Below, piece after piece: positions 8,485 through 17,536 of a DNA stretch of 32,000 nt. The notes beneath the pieces are model-generated. The model was not told the DNA's origin. It saw only the letters and a program-made list of their open reading frames with translations, and ran no database searches. The stretch is from Erysipelothrix larvae (GTDB lineage: Bacteria > Bacillota_I > Bacilli_A > Erysipelotrichales > Erysipelotrichaceae). Each line of letters opens with the position of its first letter. Position 1 is the first letter of the stretch. Where the stretch lies: contig NZ_CP013213.1 of NCBI RefSeq assembly GCF_001545095.1, forward strand, positions 2,280,001-2,312,000, given 5' to 3'. The position numbers and the translations under genes were made by a program.

Positions 8485-8522
8485 TGCGAAATTCGCTTAC
8501 TAGTGCTTTGAATTTAATCATA

Positions 8523-8870
8523 TGGTGGAGCTGGCGGGAGTCGAACCCGCGTCCAAGCAATGTCCCACATTCAGATGTCTACAGTTTATTCCGTTTGAGA
8601 TAATCAAAGGGCTGCAAACGAACAAACAGCGATCTTTGATGTGCTCTTAGATTTTCGTCCATGCGTTCGAGCGACACACAGCTTATTCTTTGTAGGTTAG
8701 TTGATCTTACTTGCCCAAAGACTAAAACTTATAAGATCACACTGCAGCTTTAAAGCGTATTAAGCAGCGAATTGTAGTCTACTGTTTCCAGTTAATTTTG
8801 TTTGGTTGTAAGGCAACCACTCCACTGCAATCTGAATCAGACGAGAACCTGTCGAAACCATGACAGCCCC
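8523..8870 (-). ncRNA. ssrA: tmRNA (ssrA)
   Basis: On the minus strand the 5' end is GGGGCTGTCATGGTTTCGACAGG and the 3' end is GGACGCGGGTTCGACTCCCGCCAGCTCCACCA (tRNA-Ala-like acceptor/T-arm with CCA). The predicted tag frame at 8789..8760 is GGA AAC AGT AGA CTA CAA TTC GCT GCT TAA, giving (A)GNSRLQFAA. The resume context TTAACTGGA resembles that of Bacillus. An extended -10 (TGTTATAAT) lies just upstream. Confidence 0.93.
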
Positions 8871-9008
8871 ATAGAATTATTATAACAGATAAACTGTAGA
8901 CGTTTGCACATTTTATCACTTAAGCGCTGTATTATAATACCATTAATCTCTTGAAAATCAAATAGGTTATATGAAGACATTTTTTATTTGAGAATACAGT
9001 TCGCTAAT

Positions 9009-9266
9009 TTAGAAAGGTTTATTCACACCTAGCACAGAACAAGCTTGTTTATAATCCTTACGGTTTACATAAATATAGTACATATTTTGTAGGTTTGAAT
9101 TCTCAAATGCAGTACCCAGCGTACTTCTTCTACTTGAAAACAGACTAAATGATTGTGAGTTTTGCGATCGTACTTTTGTTGAATATTTGATACCCTGTGC
9201 TGATAAATTATCACAAGCACGTGTATAGTCGCTCATATTTTGTGTTAAGTAAACTTCTCTTTTCAT
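9009..9266 (-). CDS. Small conserved hypothetical protein (85 aa)
   Basis: Strong SD GGAGGGG 5-6 nt upstream of the ATG. The sequence shape (MKREVYLTQNMSDYTRACDNLSAQGIKYSTKV...YYIYVNRKDYKQA) recalls small beta-alpha-beta proteins of Firmicutes (possibly DUF2007-like), but that assignment is uncertain. Confidence 0.5.
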   Translation of the reverse strand: MKREVYLTQNMSDYTRACDNLSAQGIKYSTKVRSQNSQSFSLFSSRRSTLGTAFENSNLQNMYYIYVNRKDYKQACSVLGVNKPF

Positions 9267-9470
9267 TCTTTCCCCTCCATTTTTTTACTTCCATCATGCA
9301 CTAAAAACAAACTAATTTTCCTACCACAATTGTAGCATATTGCAGATTGATTTGTTGGAAAGAAACATCATCAAACCCACTAATTAGTAGTTATAAATTA
9401 ATTTTATCATAATGATTCGGACAATAATATGGTAAAATTATGAGTAATACAGCGAAAGGGGAATCGCTTA

Positions 9471-10202
9471 ATGACAATTAACATAGCACTGATCGACAGG
9501 GATATAGAAACACAGGAGTTTGTGCATTCTTACCTCAACTCTCAAAACTATACTTGTTCTACAAGATTATCTTTAAATACCTACAATACTAGCGATGATT
9601 TTTTTTACGATTTCCCTCAAGTGAAACCAGATCTTATTCTACTTGAGGTTGATCTCCCGGACATAAATGGACTCGAATTTTCAAATAAAATTCTTACATC
9701 GCATCCGGATACCTATATTGTCTTTTTAACATCAAATTGTCGAAATATTAACGAGGCATTTGAACATAATATATCAAACTATATTCTCAAGGAATCGATA
9801 AAAGCTGACTTACCGATTGTATTAGGAGATGTTTTGAAACACCTGTGCTCAAAGATATTCCAAAAGGTTACTTTAAGAACCGAGTATGGTCCAGCCGACA
9901 TTAACTGCGAAGATATTGTTTTGATTCAATATGTAAATCGCAAACCAATCATTTACCTAGAAAATGATACGATAAATATCTGTGGGCATTCTCTTAAATC
10001 AATCTATAAACATCTCAATCCTACACAATTTATTAGACCAAATAGTAGTACAATCATAAACATGAAGCACATTAAATCAATCTGTAAAAATACGATACAC
10101 TTATATAATAACAATCAGTTAATCAGCGTTTCTAGAGGGAGATATACTGACATTCGTCAACGCTACATTCAATATTGTCTTCAAGTGACAAATAATAATT
10201 AA
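9471..10202 (+). CDS. LytTR-family response regulator, orphan, with an atypical receiver domain
   Basis: The receiver domain (IALIDRD..., DLILLEVDLPDINGLEF, IVFLTSNC, YILKE) is followed by a LytTR DNA-binding domain (IVLIQYVNRKPIIYLENDTINICGHSLKSIYKHLNPTQFIRPNSSTIINMKHI). No histidine kinase gene is adjacent. Confidence 0.85.
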   Translation: MTINIALIDRDIETQEFVHSYLNSQNYTCSTRLSLNTYNTSDDFFYDFPQVKPDLILLEVDLPDINGLEFSNKILTSHPDTYIVFLTSNCRNINEAFEHNISNYILKESIKADLPIVLGDVLKHLCSKIFQKVTLRTEYGPADINCEDIVLIQYVNRKPIIYLENDTINICGHSLKSIYKHLNPTQFIRPNSSTIINMKHIKSICKNTIHLYNNNQLISVSRGRYTDIRQRYIQYCLQVTNNN

Positions 10203-10225
10203 TAATATCAAATAATTCTTCAACT

Positions 10226-10260
10226 GATTATCTTGCTTATTTTACTAGATAATCTTTTTT
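10226..10260 (+). terminator. Intrinsic terminator after the response regulator gene
   Basis: GATTATCT, a 13-nt loop and AGATAATC, followed by TTTTTT. Confidence 0.75.
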
Positions 10261-10302
10261 GTTATTATAAAGGAAATACTTATTATCAGAGGAGAAACCA
10301 CC

Positions 10303-11070
10303 ATGAAGTACTTTCACAGTAACATTGATATTAGCAATCACGATGAGATTATAGGAACACTGCTTCTTCATTCAAATCTCCCTGGACCGCGTGGTAACTT
10401 AGAATTAATTGAGGAATTTGCCACCGTGTTCTCAAATCTCCAACAAGATGATGCTCATTTTGAGTTTCTATTTAAGCTATGGAAGACACCTTCAACTGGA
10501 GACGATGCAGAAACAATTCTCGTTTTATCTGGACTTTGGGGGTTTGGATATTTTGCCATTAATAATCAATATAGATCTCGTGTGTATCCAGTATTCCAAT
10601 GTGCAATGAACGATCCACGATGGCGTGTTCGTGAAATCATTCAAGAAAGTTTGAAAATCGTTGCCCGTCATGATTATAATCAGTTTGTTTCTTTGTATGC
10701 TTCGTATGACCATCCTACACTATTAGAATTGCGCGCATTTCTCTCAACCGCTGCACACCCAGAAATTCTGAAGGAATCGCATCAACACAATTTCGCAATC
10801 CATCTGTTGAAACAGTCTTTTGACCGGTACCTTATAGTCTCACAACAACTCACCAAAAAAGATTTAGCCTTTGATGCATACCAAAAAGGACTTATGTTTG
10901 CACCGAGTGTTATTGTTGCTGCATGTCCTGCACTTGGTTTTCAAGTTCTGAATTCATATGCAAATAAATCTCCACTACTCAACAAAGTCCTTATTTCAAA
11001 CCTTAAAAAGAATCGATTAATAAAGAAGTATGGGGATACTTGTGAATCATGCTTGTCGATCCTGCAGTAA
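10303..11070 (+). CDS. Hypothetical all-helical protein, possibly HEAT/ARM-like repeat (DNA-alkylation-repair-like fold?)
   Basis: SD GGAGAAACCACC precedes the ATG. DPRWRVREIIQESLKIV resembles a HEAT-repeat signature. The family assignment is weak and comes from memory only. Confidence 0.6.
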   Translation: MKYFHSNIDISNHDEIIGTLLLHSNLPGPRGNLELIEEFATVFSNLQQDDAHFEFLFKLWKTPSTGDDAETILVLSGLWGFGYFAINNQYRSRVYPVFQCAMNDPRWRVREIIQESLKIVARHDYNQFVSLYASYDHPTLLELRAFLSTAAHPEILKESHQHNFAIHLLKQSFDRYLIVSQQLTKKDLAFDAYQKGLMFAPSVIVAACPALGFQVLNSYANKSPLLNKVLISNLKKNRLIKKYGDTCESCLSILQ

Positions 11071-11072
11071 GT

Positions 11073-12029
11073 TTATAAATATTCTCTTAATACGGATTTG
11101 TGTATAAGGTCACGTGCGCGCTTAGCATCTCCTTTTTCTAGTGTTCCAAAATAAAATTCAAGAACACGTTGCAGGGTGAAATTTCGAACGATTTTGATCA
11201 TCTCTGGATCCTTTAGAAGCGGAATTAGTTCTAAGAGTGTTTCTTTAGTTTCGCTATTTTCCATGAGTTTTTGTAGTGTGTTATCTGGGATTGCTGGTGT
11301 AGGTTCGTTTTGAAGGCGAATCCATTCAACGCTCAAATCAAACCACCGTGCAAAATGTGCTTCAACTTGTGTTGCATCATTCATGATTGAAGCATCTGCC
11401 ACTGACAATCCATGTGCTCCTCTTTCAAAGATATGTGCTTCAAAAGGCACATCATGCTTCTCAAGTGCATTCATATATTTTATTGTATTTTCAACCGGAA
11501 CTAAATCATCTCCAAAGGTTGTGAATAAAAAGGTTGGTGGAGTAAGTGCTGTAACACAGGTTTCTAATGATGGAGCATCAATGTTCATAAGATAAGCGAA
11601 AGAGCCAAGTAATGCAGGATAACCTAATAGACATCCGTTTGGTTTATGTTCGCCTAAATTTGACACAGCGGCTGCAAGATGGCCTCCAGCGGAGAATCCG
11701 AGTACATATATCCGGTCCGGGTCAACATTCCATGCTTTTGCATGTGTTCGAATCATATTAATTGATGTGGATGCTTCATTTAATGCCGTTTTGAAGTTTC
11801 TTTGGTCCCCTACACAATATCTAAGTACTGCACTATGGAACCCTTCACCTAGGTACTTAAATGCTACAGGATCTGCTTCTCTATCACTACAAAAACTATA
11901 ACCTCCCCCAGGGAAAATGAGTACTAATGGTCTTTTATTTACAGGACGCATTTCTTTTGATTGATTATGAAGATAGACATCTAAAGTACTGTTACCATCT
12001 TCACTTAATGTATAGCTCATATGTTTCAT
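11073..12029 (-). CDS. Alpha/beta-hydrolase esterase (acetyl-esterase/BD-FAE-like) with a ~80-aa helical C-terminal extension
   Basis: PLVLIFPGGGY oxyanion region, GFSAGGHLAA nucleophile elbow, and the later D (FGDDLVP) and H (GAHGLS). Start trimmed to ATG at 12029 (MKHMSYTL), 7 nt after GGAGG. Confidence 0.8.
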   Translation of the reverse strand: MKHMSYTLSEDGNSTLDVYLHNQSKEMRPVNKRPLVLIFPGGGYSFCSDREADPVAFKYLGEGFHSAVLRYCVGDQRNFKTALNEASTSINMIRTHAKAWNVDPDRIYVLGFSAGGHLAAAVSNLGEHKPNGCLLGYPALLGSFAYLMNIDAPSLETCVTALTPPTFLFTTFGDDLVPVENTIKYMNALEKHDVPFEAHIFERGAHGLSVADASIMNDATQVEAHFARWFDLSVEWIRLQNEPTPAIPDNTLQKLMENSETKETLLELIPLLKDPEMIKIVRNFTLQRVLEFYFGTLEKGDAKRARDLIHKSVLREYL

Positions 12030-12122
12030 ATCAATACCTCCTACTATATTTATTGTATCACAACATAAATATTCAGAAAGGATGTGCATATATATGGTTC
12101 TTCATTATTCTTTGAAATTAAT

Positions 12123-12148
12123 ATTAAAAAGATGTGAAAGACACATCT
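12123..12148 (-). terminator. Intrinsic terminator downstream of the TauE gene (end of the PTS-murQ transcription unit)
   Basis: The minus strand reads AGATGTG-tcttt-CACATCT followed by TTTTTAATATT. Confidence 0.7.
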
Positions 12149-12164
12149 GATTATTCTATATATT

Positions 12165-12932
12165 CTATTTGTTAATAATGTTGAATAAGTTTAATACGAT
12201 TAATAATAGTAGTATACAATTGAACACTATTTTTAGTACCTTGCTTGATAATAAAGAATTAAGTTTTGATCCTAAGAACCCTCCAATGCATGCGGATGGG
12301 ATAATTGAAAATAGAAATATTAGGTCAAAACTGGATAATCCCTTCGTTGTTGCGATGGTAATAAGCGTCGATATTTGAGTAAAAAAAATCGTCGCAATTG
12401 AGTAAAATGTAGCTGTTTTAAAATCAACAGAAAAGAACAAGCAAAATATTGCAACGTTTAAAGGACCTCCACCAATCCCAATATATGCAGAAAGCATCCC
12501 TAAAACGATTCCTATTGATAATACAAGAAGCTTTGATTTGAAATTATACGATAATATACTGGTAGAAACTAGTATTACAACCAGTAGTAGAATGATTATC
12601 AAAAGTATTGACTGGGACAACTGTACAGTACGTTCTCCATATCTCATGAGTAAAAGATTTAGTATCTTCGACCCAAGGAAACCACCAATTATCGAACCCA
12701 TTGATATTAAAGCTACTGTGTTGTAGTCAAAGTTTTTTTCACGTTTAAAGCTTTTAATCATATTTATTATTGCCATTGCCAAAACTGCACAAGAAGAATA
12801 AAAACCAATACTTTGGACATCATGATACCCAATAAGATCAAGTGCAGGTTTTATGATTACCCCGCCACCCATTCCACTCATTGCTCCAAGTGTCGTCGCA
12901 ATCAAAACAACAACACCATAAATCAATGTCAT
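12165..12932 (-). CDS. TauE/SafE (TSUP) family anion permease
   Basis: The protein is about 8 TM helices throughout, with glycine-rich motifs (GAMSGMGGGVIIKP, AYIGIGGGPLNV) typical of the family. Confidence 0.8.
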   Translation of the reverse strand: MTLIYGVVVLIATTLGAMSGMGGGVIIKPALDLIGYHDVQSIGFYSSCAVLAMAIINMIKSFKREKNFDYNTVALISMGSIIGGFLGSKILNLLLMRYGERTVQLSQSILLIIILLLVVILVSTSILSYNFKSKLLVLSIGIVLGMLSAYIGIGGGPLNVAIFCLFFSVDFKTATFYSIATIFFTQISTLITIATTKGLSSFDLIFLFSIIPSACIGGFLGSKLNSLLSSKVLKIVFNCILLLLIVLNLFNIINK

Positions 12933-12989
12933 GATTCACCCCTTTTCTGTTTAATCAGTTTCAGAATAAATATTTATAATTGGAATGAA

Positions 12990-13403
12990 CTAAAAATCTA
13001 TCTCATCGTCATCAAAGTCATACATTTGACCTTGAACACCATTTCTCCCAACTTCTTTTAAGTGGTCAGAGATTTCTTGTAGTCCTAGGTTTTGTGAAGT
13101 AACATACTCTATGATCATCCCTAAATTAACACCGGTAATAATTTCAATATCTTGTCTGTCTTTTTTTGCAACTACTGCTGCATTAAAAGGAGTCCCTCCA
13201 AACAAATCTGCTAGGACTAATATTTCTTCATTCTTATGTATATTGAAATAGTCACTTATTTTCTCTAAGGTCTGATCAAGTCCCATATCATGTGTCATGC
13301 AAATACTTTCTGCATTCGATATGTCTCCAACAATCATTTTTGCAGCATTCAAAAAATGTTCTGCAAGATAACCATGACTAATAATTAAAAGTTGTCTATT
13401 CAT
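12990..13403 (-). CDS. PTS mannose-family EIIA component
   Basis: MNRQLLIISHGYLAE contains the phosphorylatable His, and DLFGGTPFN is present. The start overlaps the murQ stop by 4 nt (ATGA). Confidence 0.85.
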   Translation of the reverse strand: MNRQLLIISHGYLAEHFLNAAKMIVGDISNAESICMTHDMGLDQTLEKISDYFNIHKNEEILVLADLFGGTPFNAAVVAKKDRQDIEIITGVNLGMIIEYVTSQNLGLQEISDHLKEVGRNGVQGQMYDFDDDEIDF

Positions 13404-14323
13404 TTTGATAACCCCGTTACAAATTGAATTGCTTTTCTAACATTTCCATTTTCTTTTATTAATGCCTGTTCTGCAACTTCCAAAGTTACATCACCAAGCT
13501 CCATAACGATTGAGTTGGCTACTGAATAATTTGCACTATTAAACAGGACAGTTGAGTCTTCAATGGATAGCCCAGTAATCGCATGTATCATATTTATTGC
13601 TCTCAATACGAGTTTCTCATTTGTAGCTTGGACATGAACCATATAATTATCATAGACCTTACCAGATAAGATCATTGCTGTTGTGGACAGCATATTAACT
13701 ACCATCTTTTGAGATGTTCCAGCTTTCATGCGTGTTGATCCAGAGACTACTTCTGATCCAACGGGAACTTCAATTGAACACTCAACTATCTTTGACATTT
13801 CACTATTAAGATTATTTGTTATTCCAATTGTGTATGCACCTAAATCGTTTGCTTTATTCAGTGCACCGAGTGTATATGGCGTTCTTCCACTTGCAGCAAT
13901 TCCAATAACTACATCTAGTTTGGAAACATTTGCTTGTAGAATGTCATTCTCACCCTCTTCATAATTGTCTTCAATTCCTTCAACTGCTTGGAACATTGCA
14001 CCTATTCCGCCCGCAATTATTCCGAATGCTCTTTCACTGGGAACATTGTATGTTGGTTGTAACTCAACTGCATCGAGTACGCCAATACGTCCTGATGAAC
14101 CTGCACCAATATAGATTATTCTTCCACCCATATTAAATCTTTTTGATATTTCAATTGAGGCACATGCGATTTTATCAATACTTGGTTGAATTGCATTTGC
14201 AACAACTTTATCCTGTTCATTGATAATTTTTACAATTTCTTGCGCACTAAAAACATCGATTGATTTCGATTCCTCATTTACTGATTCTGTAGATAGATCA
14301 GCAATCATATTTTTATTGTTCAT
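13400..14323 (-). CDS. murQ: N-acetylmuramic acid 6-phosphate etherase (SIS domain)
   Basis: Collinear with E. coli MurQ: GAGSSGRIGVLDAVELQPTY, AVEGIED, GIAASGRTPY, GSTRMKAGTSQKMVVNMLST and ATNEKL. Both catalytic Glu positions are present. Confidence 0.9.
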   Translation of the reverse strand: MNNKNMIADLSTESVNEESKSIDVFSAQEIVKIINEQDKVVANAIQPSIDKIACASIEISKRFNMGGRIIYIGAGSSGRIGVLDAVELQPTYNVPSERAFGIIAGGIGAMFQAVEGIEDNYEEGENDILQANVSKLDVVIGIAASGRTPYTLGALNKANDLGAYTIGITNNLNSEMSKIVECSIEVPVGSEVVSGSTRMKAGTSQKMVVNMLSTTAMILSGKVYDNYMVHVQATNEKLVLRAINMIHAITGLSIEDSTVLFNSANYSVANSIVMELGDVTLEVAEQALIKENGNVRKAIQFVTGLSK

Positions 14324-14326
14324 TCA

Positions 14327-15172
14327 TTACTCCTTTGATTTCAAGAGTGATGTTAGTTTACTTGTAGAAACGATTCCTTCCTCTATTTCGCTAAGACGTG
14401 GATTTATATACCCGAAATAGAGTAAATCAGCCATTAACATTGCATTGATCTTTGAAGTAATTGCACCAATTCTTACTAAGTTTTCTGAATCAGGTATCTT
14501 CAAGACAACACTTGAGCTTTGAGCAAGACGTGATTTATCATCTCTAGTAACTGAAATGACACTTGCTCCGTTCTTTATTGCAACTTCAGCAGGGTAAATA
14601 ACTTCAAGCGTTCTTCCACTGTATGAAAATGCAATTATTACGTCACCTTTCTTTGCATAATTAATAAACTCCAAAGTCATGTGACTATCGAAGTTAAAAA
14701 TTGCTGACTTATTAACTCTATTGAGCTTATGATATAGATCGTAAGCAGGAAGCGATGATGCACCAACTCCAAAAATAAATATTCTATTAGAGTTTTGTAT
14801 TATATCAATCGCTTTATCTAACGCTTCAACATCAAGTTGATAAAAGAAATCTTTAGTCCCATTTTCAATAACAACCCCTAGTTTTTCTGCTAATTGTTCG
14901 GTGCTATCATTTTGCATGATTATAGGGTCTATCGGTACAATGCCTACATTCGAGTCAATTACTAATTGTCGTTTAAGCTCCTCTAGACCTTCAAAATTAA
15001 AATACTTGGCAAAGCGTACAACTGAAGCAGAGGAAGTGGAACTTCTATCACCAATCTCTTGCGCTGTTAGTTTCACAAAATCATCAACATGCAAGAACAT
15101 GAAATCGGCAATTTGCTTTTGAGTCTTGCTTAATTTCTGGTATTCACTTCTAACCTGAAATAATATACTCAT
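14327..15172 (-). CDS. RpiR/MurR-family transcriptional regulator (HTH_6 plus SIS)
   Basis: N-terminal KLSKTQKQIADFM...TAQEIGDRSSTSSASVVRFAKYFNFEG and a C-terminal SIS domain (IFIFGVGASS, AFSYSGRT). GGAGG lies 8 nt upstream of the ATG. Confidence 0.88.
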   Translation of the reverse strand: MSILFQVRSEYQKLSKTQKQIADFMFLHVDDFVKLTAQEIGDRSSTSSASVVRFAKYFNFEGLEELKRQLVIDSNVGIVPIDPIIMQNDSTEQLAEKLGVVIENGTKDFFYQLDVEALDKAIDIIQNSNRIFIFGVGASSLPAYDLYHKLNRVNKSAIFNFDSHMTLEFINYAKKGDVIIAFSYSGRTLEVIYPAEVAIKNGASVISVTRDDKSRLAQSSSVVLKIPDSENLVRIGAITSKINAMLMADLLYFGYINPRLSEIEEGIVSTSKLTSLLKSKE

Positions 15173-15196
15173 TTAGGCCACCTCCTCTATCTATAT

Positions 15197-15667
15197 CTAA
15201 AACATTGTTGTAATTAATGAGTCTGTCTCTGTTGGTAACATTTGAGCTGTCACTATTATACCATCATTTACCAAATCTTGTAATTGTGATATTTCTGCTT
15301 CAGTCAGACTTACTGACTTCTTGATTGATCTGCTTCCATCTTTAGCAGCAACATTCCCAATATTGATTGATTTTAGGTTGAGGTTCTTTGCTAAGAACAC
15401 CATATCCGCAACAGTTTTAGTTATCAAAAATATATTCTGTCCATCATAACTATTGTCACTTAAGCGTATTAAGGCCCTCTCTTTTGATAAAAGGGATAGT
15501 TTGACACCTGCTGGTTTTGCAATCTTCAATGCTGCAATCTGCATTTCATCTCCGATAATTTCATCATTCACGACCACAATACGATCTGCTTTAATCGTAT
15601 TAGTCCATACCATTGCGACTTGACCGTGTATTAGCCTTTCGTCTACTCTTGCATTTACGATATTCAT
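15197..15667 (-). CDS. PTS mannose-family EIIB component
   Basis: The N-terminus MNIVNARVDERLIHGQVAMVWTN carries the phospho-His motif. Confidence 0.88.
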   Translation of the reverse strand: MNIVNARVDERLIHGQVAMVWTNTIKADRIVVVNDEIIGDEMQIAALKIAKPAGVKLSLLSKERALIRLSDNSYDGQNIFLITKTVADMVFLAKNLNLKSINIGNVAAKDGSRSIKKSVSLTEAEISQLQDLVNDGIIVTAQMLPTETDSLITTMF

Positions 15668-15686
15668 AAGTTACCTCCTAAATTAG

Positions 15687-16517
15687 TCAACTAAATATTC
15701 CAACAATAATATTCAAGATATTCTGAAGATTTCCGAGTACCATTCCTAATCCAATAAGTACAAAGATTAGTTTAGTTGAAGTCATTTTTTCTTTATCTAA
15801 CAATTTATATGACATGAAAACTATAAGCACTGGTATTAACCCAGGCATGATTTTATCAAGCATTTCTGATACTACCATCGATACTTCCCCAACATTAAAT
15901 GTTAGGTCAATTTTATAGGTAATAACTGATGCAACTAAACCACCTACAACCGTTAACCCTAATATGGATGCTCCTTCAGTAAGTGAACGTAGCTTATTGC
16001 CAAATTCTGTAGCAATTTTACGTCCTTGTTCATAACCAAGATAAGTAAATCTATATCTTACAAACATGACAGCGATAACACCAATTAAAGGAATTACAAG
16101 TCCAAATGCATTTCCATCAAGTGCCATATATGATGCAATTGAGAATATTATTGCTCGGTAGATGGCAATAAATAATGTATCCCCTACACCAGCAAATGGT
16201 CCCATGAGCCCGGCTTTTAGACCGCGAACAACTTCTTCAGATTCCATACCCATTTCTTCTTCAATTGCCATATCTGCCCCAATAATTAGATGGGACATTG
16301 CAGGTGTTGTATTGAAGTATGCAAGATGCATATCCAATGCTTTTTTCATTGCTTCAGGATCATCACCATAGAGCCGTTTCAATGCTGGCATGATTACATA
16401 AGCATAACCAAGACCTTGCATTTTTCCATAGTTCCATCCTAATTGTAGACCAAATAGATTTCGAACGTATACTTTATTTATATCACTTTTAGTAAGTTTA
16501 TTATGTTGATTAGCCAT
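15687..16517 (-). CDS. PTS mannose-family EIID component
   Basis: KLTKSDINKVYVRNLFGLQLGWNYGKMQGLGYAY matches the ManZ N-terminal signature. Start set to ATG at 16517, which overlaps the IIC stop (ATGGCTAA). The track start at 16565 lies inside the IIC gene. Confidence 0.85.
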   Translation of the reverse strand: MANQHNKLTKSDINKVYVRNLFGLQLGWNYGKMQGLGYAYVIMPALKRLYGDDPEAMKKALDMHLAYFNTTPAMSHLIIGADMAIEEEMGMESEEVVRGLKAGLMGPFAGVGDTLFIAIYRAIIFSIASYMALDGNAFGLVIPLIGVIAVMFVRYRFTYLGYEQGRKIATEFGNKLRSLTEGASILGLTVVGGLVASVITYKIDLTFNVGEVSMVVSEMLDKIMPGLIPVLIVFMSYKLLDKEKMTSTKLIFVLIGLGMVLGNLQNILNIIVGIFS

Positions 16518-17304
16518 CGATTTCAATCTCCTCATCATCTCCACCAAATCCTGTTTGTCCAACAAGTGTTCCTTGTCTCGATAAATGAATTCCTGCTAGT
16601 GCTAAACCAAGTAATGCAACCGCTAATAGTGAGAACATACTTGATCCATAAGCAATGACTACAAATCCAATAACCAAATAAGCCCAATAACGTTTTACTG
16701 GTAAGTAATGTAGTAAGATTGCCATACCCATTGCTGGCAAGATTTGACCCGCTGCTTTTAAACCAGTCATAAACCATGCTGGGATATAACTATTAATCGC
16801 AACTACTACAGTTTCACCAAATGCTAATCCAACGAATACGGGTATCATACGAGATAACATCCATGGAATTGATCCTAGTAAGTTCGCAATCTCAACACCT
16901 CTTGCATTCCCTTTTAATGCTTCTTTATCCGCTTTTCTTTGAACTATTGTATTTGACATTCTTCCAAGTACATCCAATTGTGTCAATAAAAGACCAATAG
17001 GAATTGCTAAACCAATGCCATATTCTGCCCCGTTACCAGATATTATTGTATATGCGGTTCCCATTATTGCCCCAGATAGATAATCCGGTACAGTCGCTCC
17101 TCCATAAGTTGCTACACCAAGTGTCATTAGTTGCAATGTAGCTCCTATTATTAGACCTGTTTGAAGATCTCCGAGCATAAACCCTGTAAATGTTGCTGCA
17201 AATAGTGGCGAATACAGTCCAGATTGAATTGATATTTGATCGATTACAGCGATACCAACATAAATTACGAGAACTGCAATTATAAAGATATTTAAGTCTC
17301 CCAT
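16510..17304 (-). CDS. PTS mannose-family EIIC component
   Basis: ManY-like sequence, including FTGFMLGDLQTGLIIGATLQLMTLGVATYGGATVPD. Start trimmed to ATG at 17304 (MGDLNIF), after AAGGAGG. Confidence 0.85.
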   Translation of the reverse strand: MGDLNIFIIAVLVIYVGIAVIDQISIQSGLYSPLFAATFTGFMLGDLQTGLIIGATLQLMTLGVATYGGATVPDYLSGAIMGTAYTIISGNGAEYGIGLAIPIGLLLTQLDVLGRMSNTIVQRKADKEALKGNARGVEIANLLGSIPWMLSRMIPVFVGLAFGETVVVAINSYIPAWFMTGLKAAGQILPAMGMAILLHYLPVKRYWAYLVIGFVVIAYGSSMFSLLAVALLGLALAGIHLSRQGTLVGQTGFGGDDEEIEIDG

Positions 17305-17334
17305 ACTTTCCTCCTTAACATTATTAATGTTATA

Positions 17335-17349
17335 GTGTAGCGCTTTCAC
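17335..17349 (-). promoter_or_regulatory. cre-like (CcpA) box downstream of an extended -10 promoter for the mannose-PTS/murQ operon
   Basis: The minus strand reads GTGAAAGCGCTACAC. The left half TGAAAGCG fits the cre consensus WTGNAANCGNWNNCW, while the right half is imperfect. TGTTATATT (extended -10) lies about 10 nt upstream. Confidence 0.45.
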
Positions 17350-17536
17350 TATATGTCTAATATAACACAGATGAAACGCCATTACAATATGTCTATCAAT
17401 ATTTTTTTATATGAAATCAAATTTCTTGTTTTGAGAAATTTTCTTTTCCATCCAAAATAATTCACTCAATATTATTTTTTTAAATTGCTAAAATAGTTTC
17501 TCTTTACTAAAATATCCAAGCAAATAGTAGAAAAAA

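Noticed and set aside
6998-8870. Genomic island integrated at the 3' end of ssrA
   Set aside because: tmRNA genes are common integration sites. However, I see no integrase gene and no second copy of the ssrA 3' segment (GGGTTCGACTCCCGCC) downstream, and the neighbouring genes are ordinary housekeeping or envelope genes. Only an IS abuts ssrA.
11068-11075. Convergent genes whose stop codons are only 2 nt apart (HEAT-like gene + strand, esterase - strand) with no intergenic terminator
   Set aside because: This is real in the sequence, but tight convergent packing is common. Terminators may lie within the opposing coding regions, so it is not evidence of a special mechanism.
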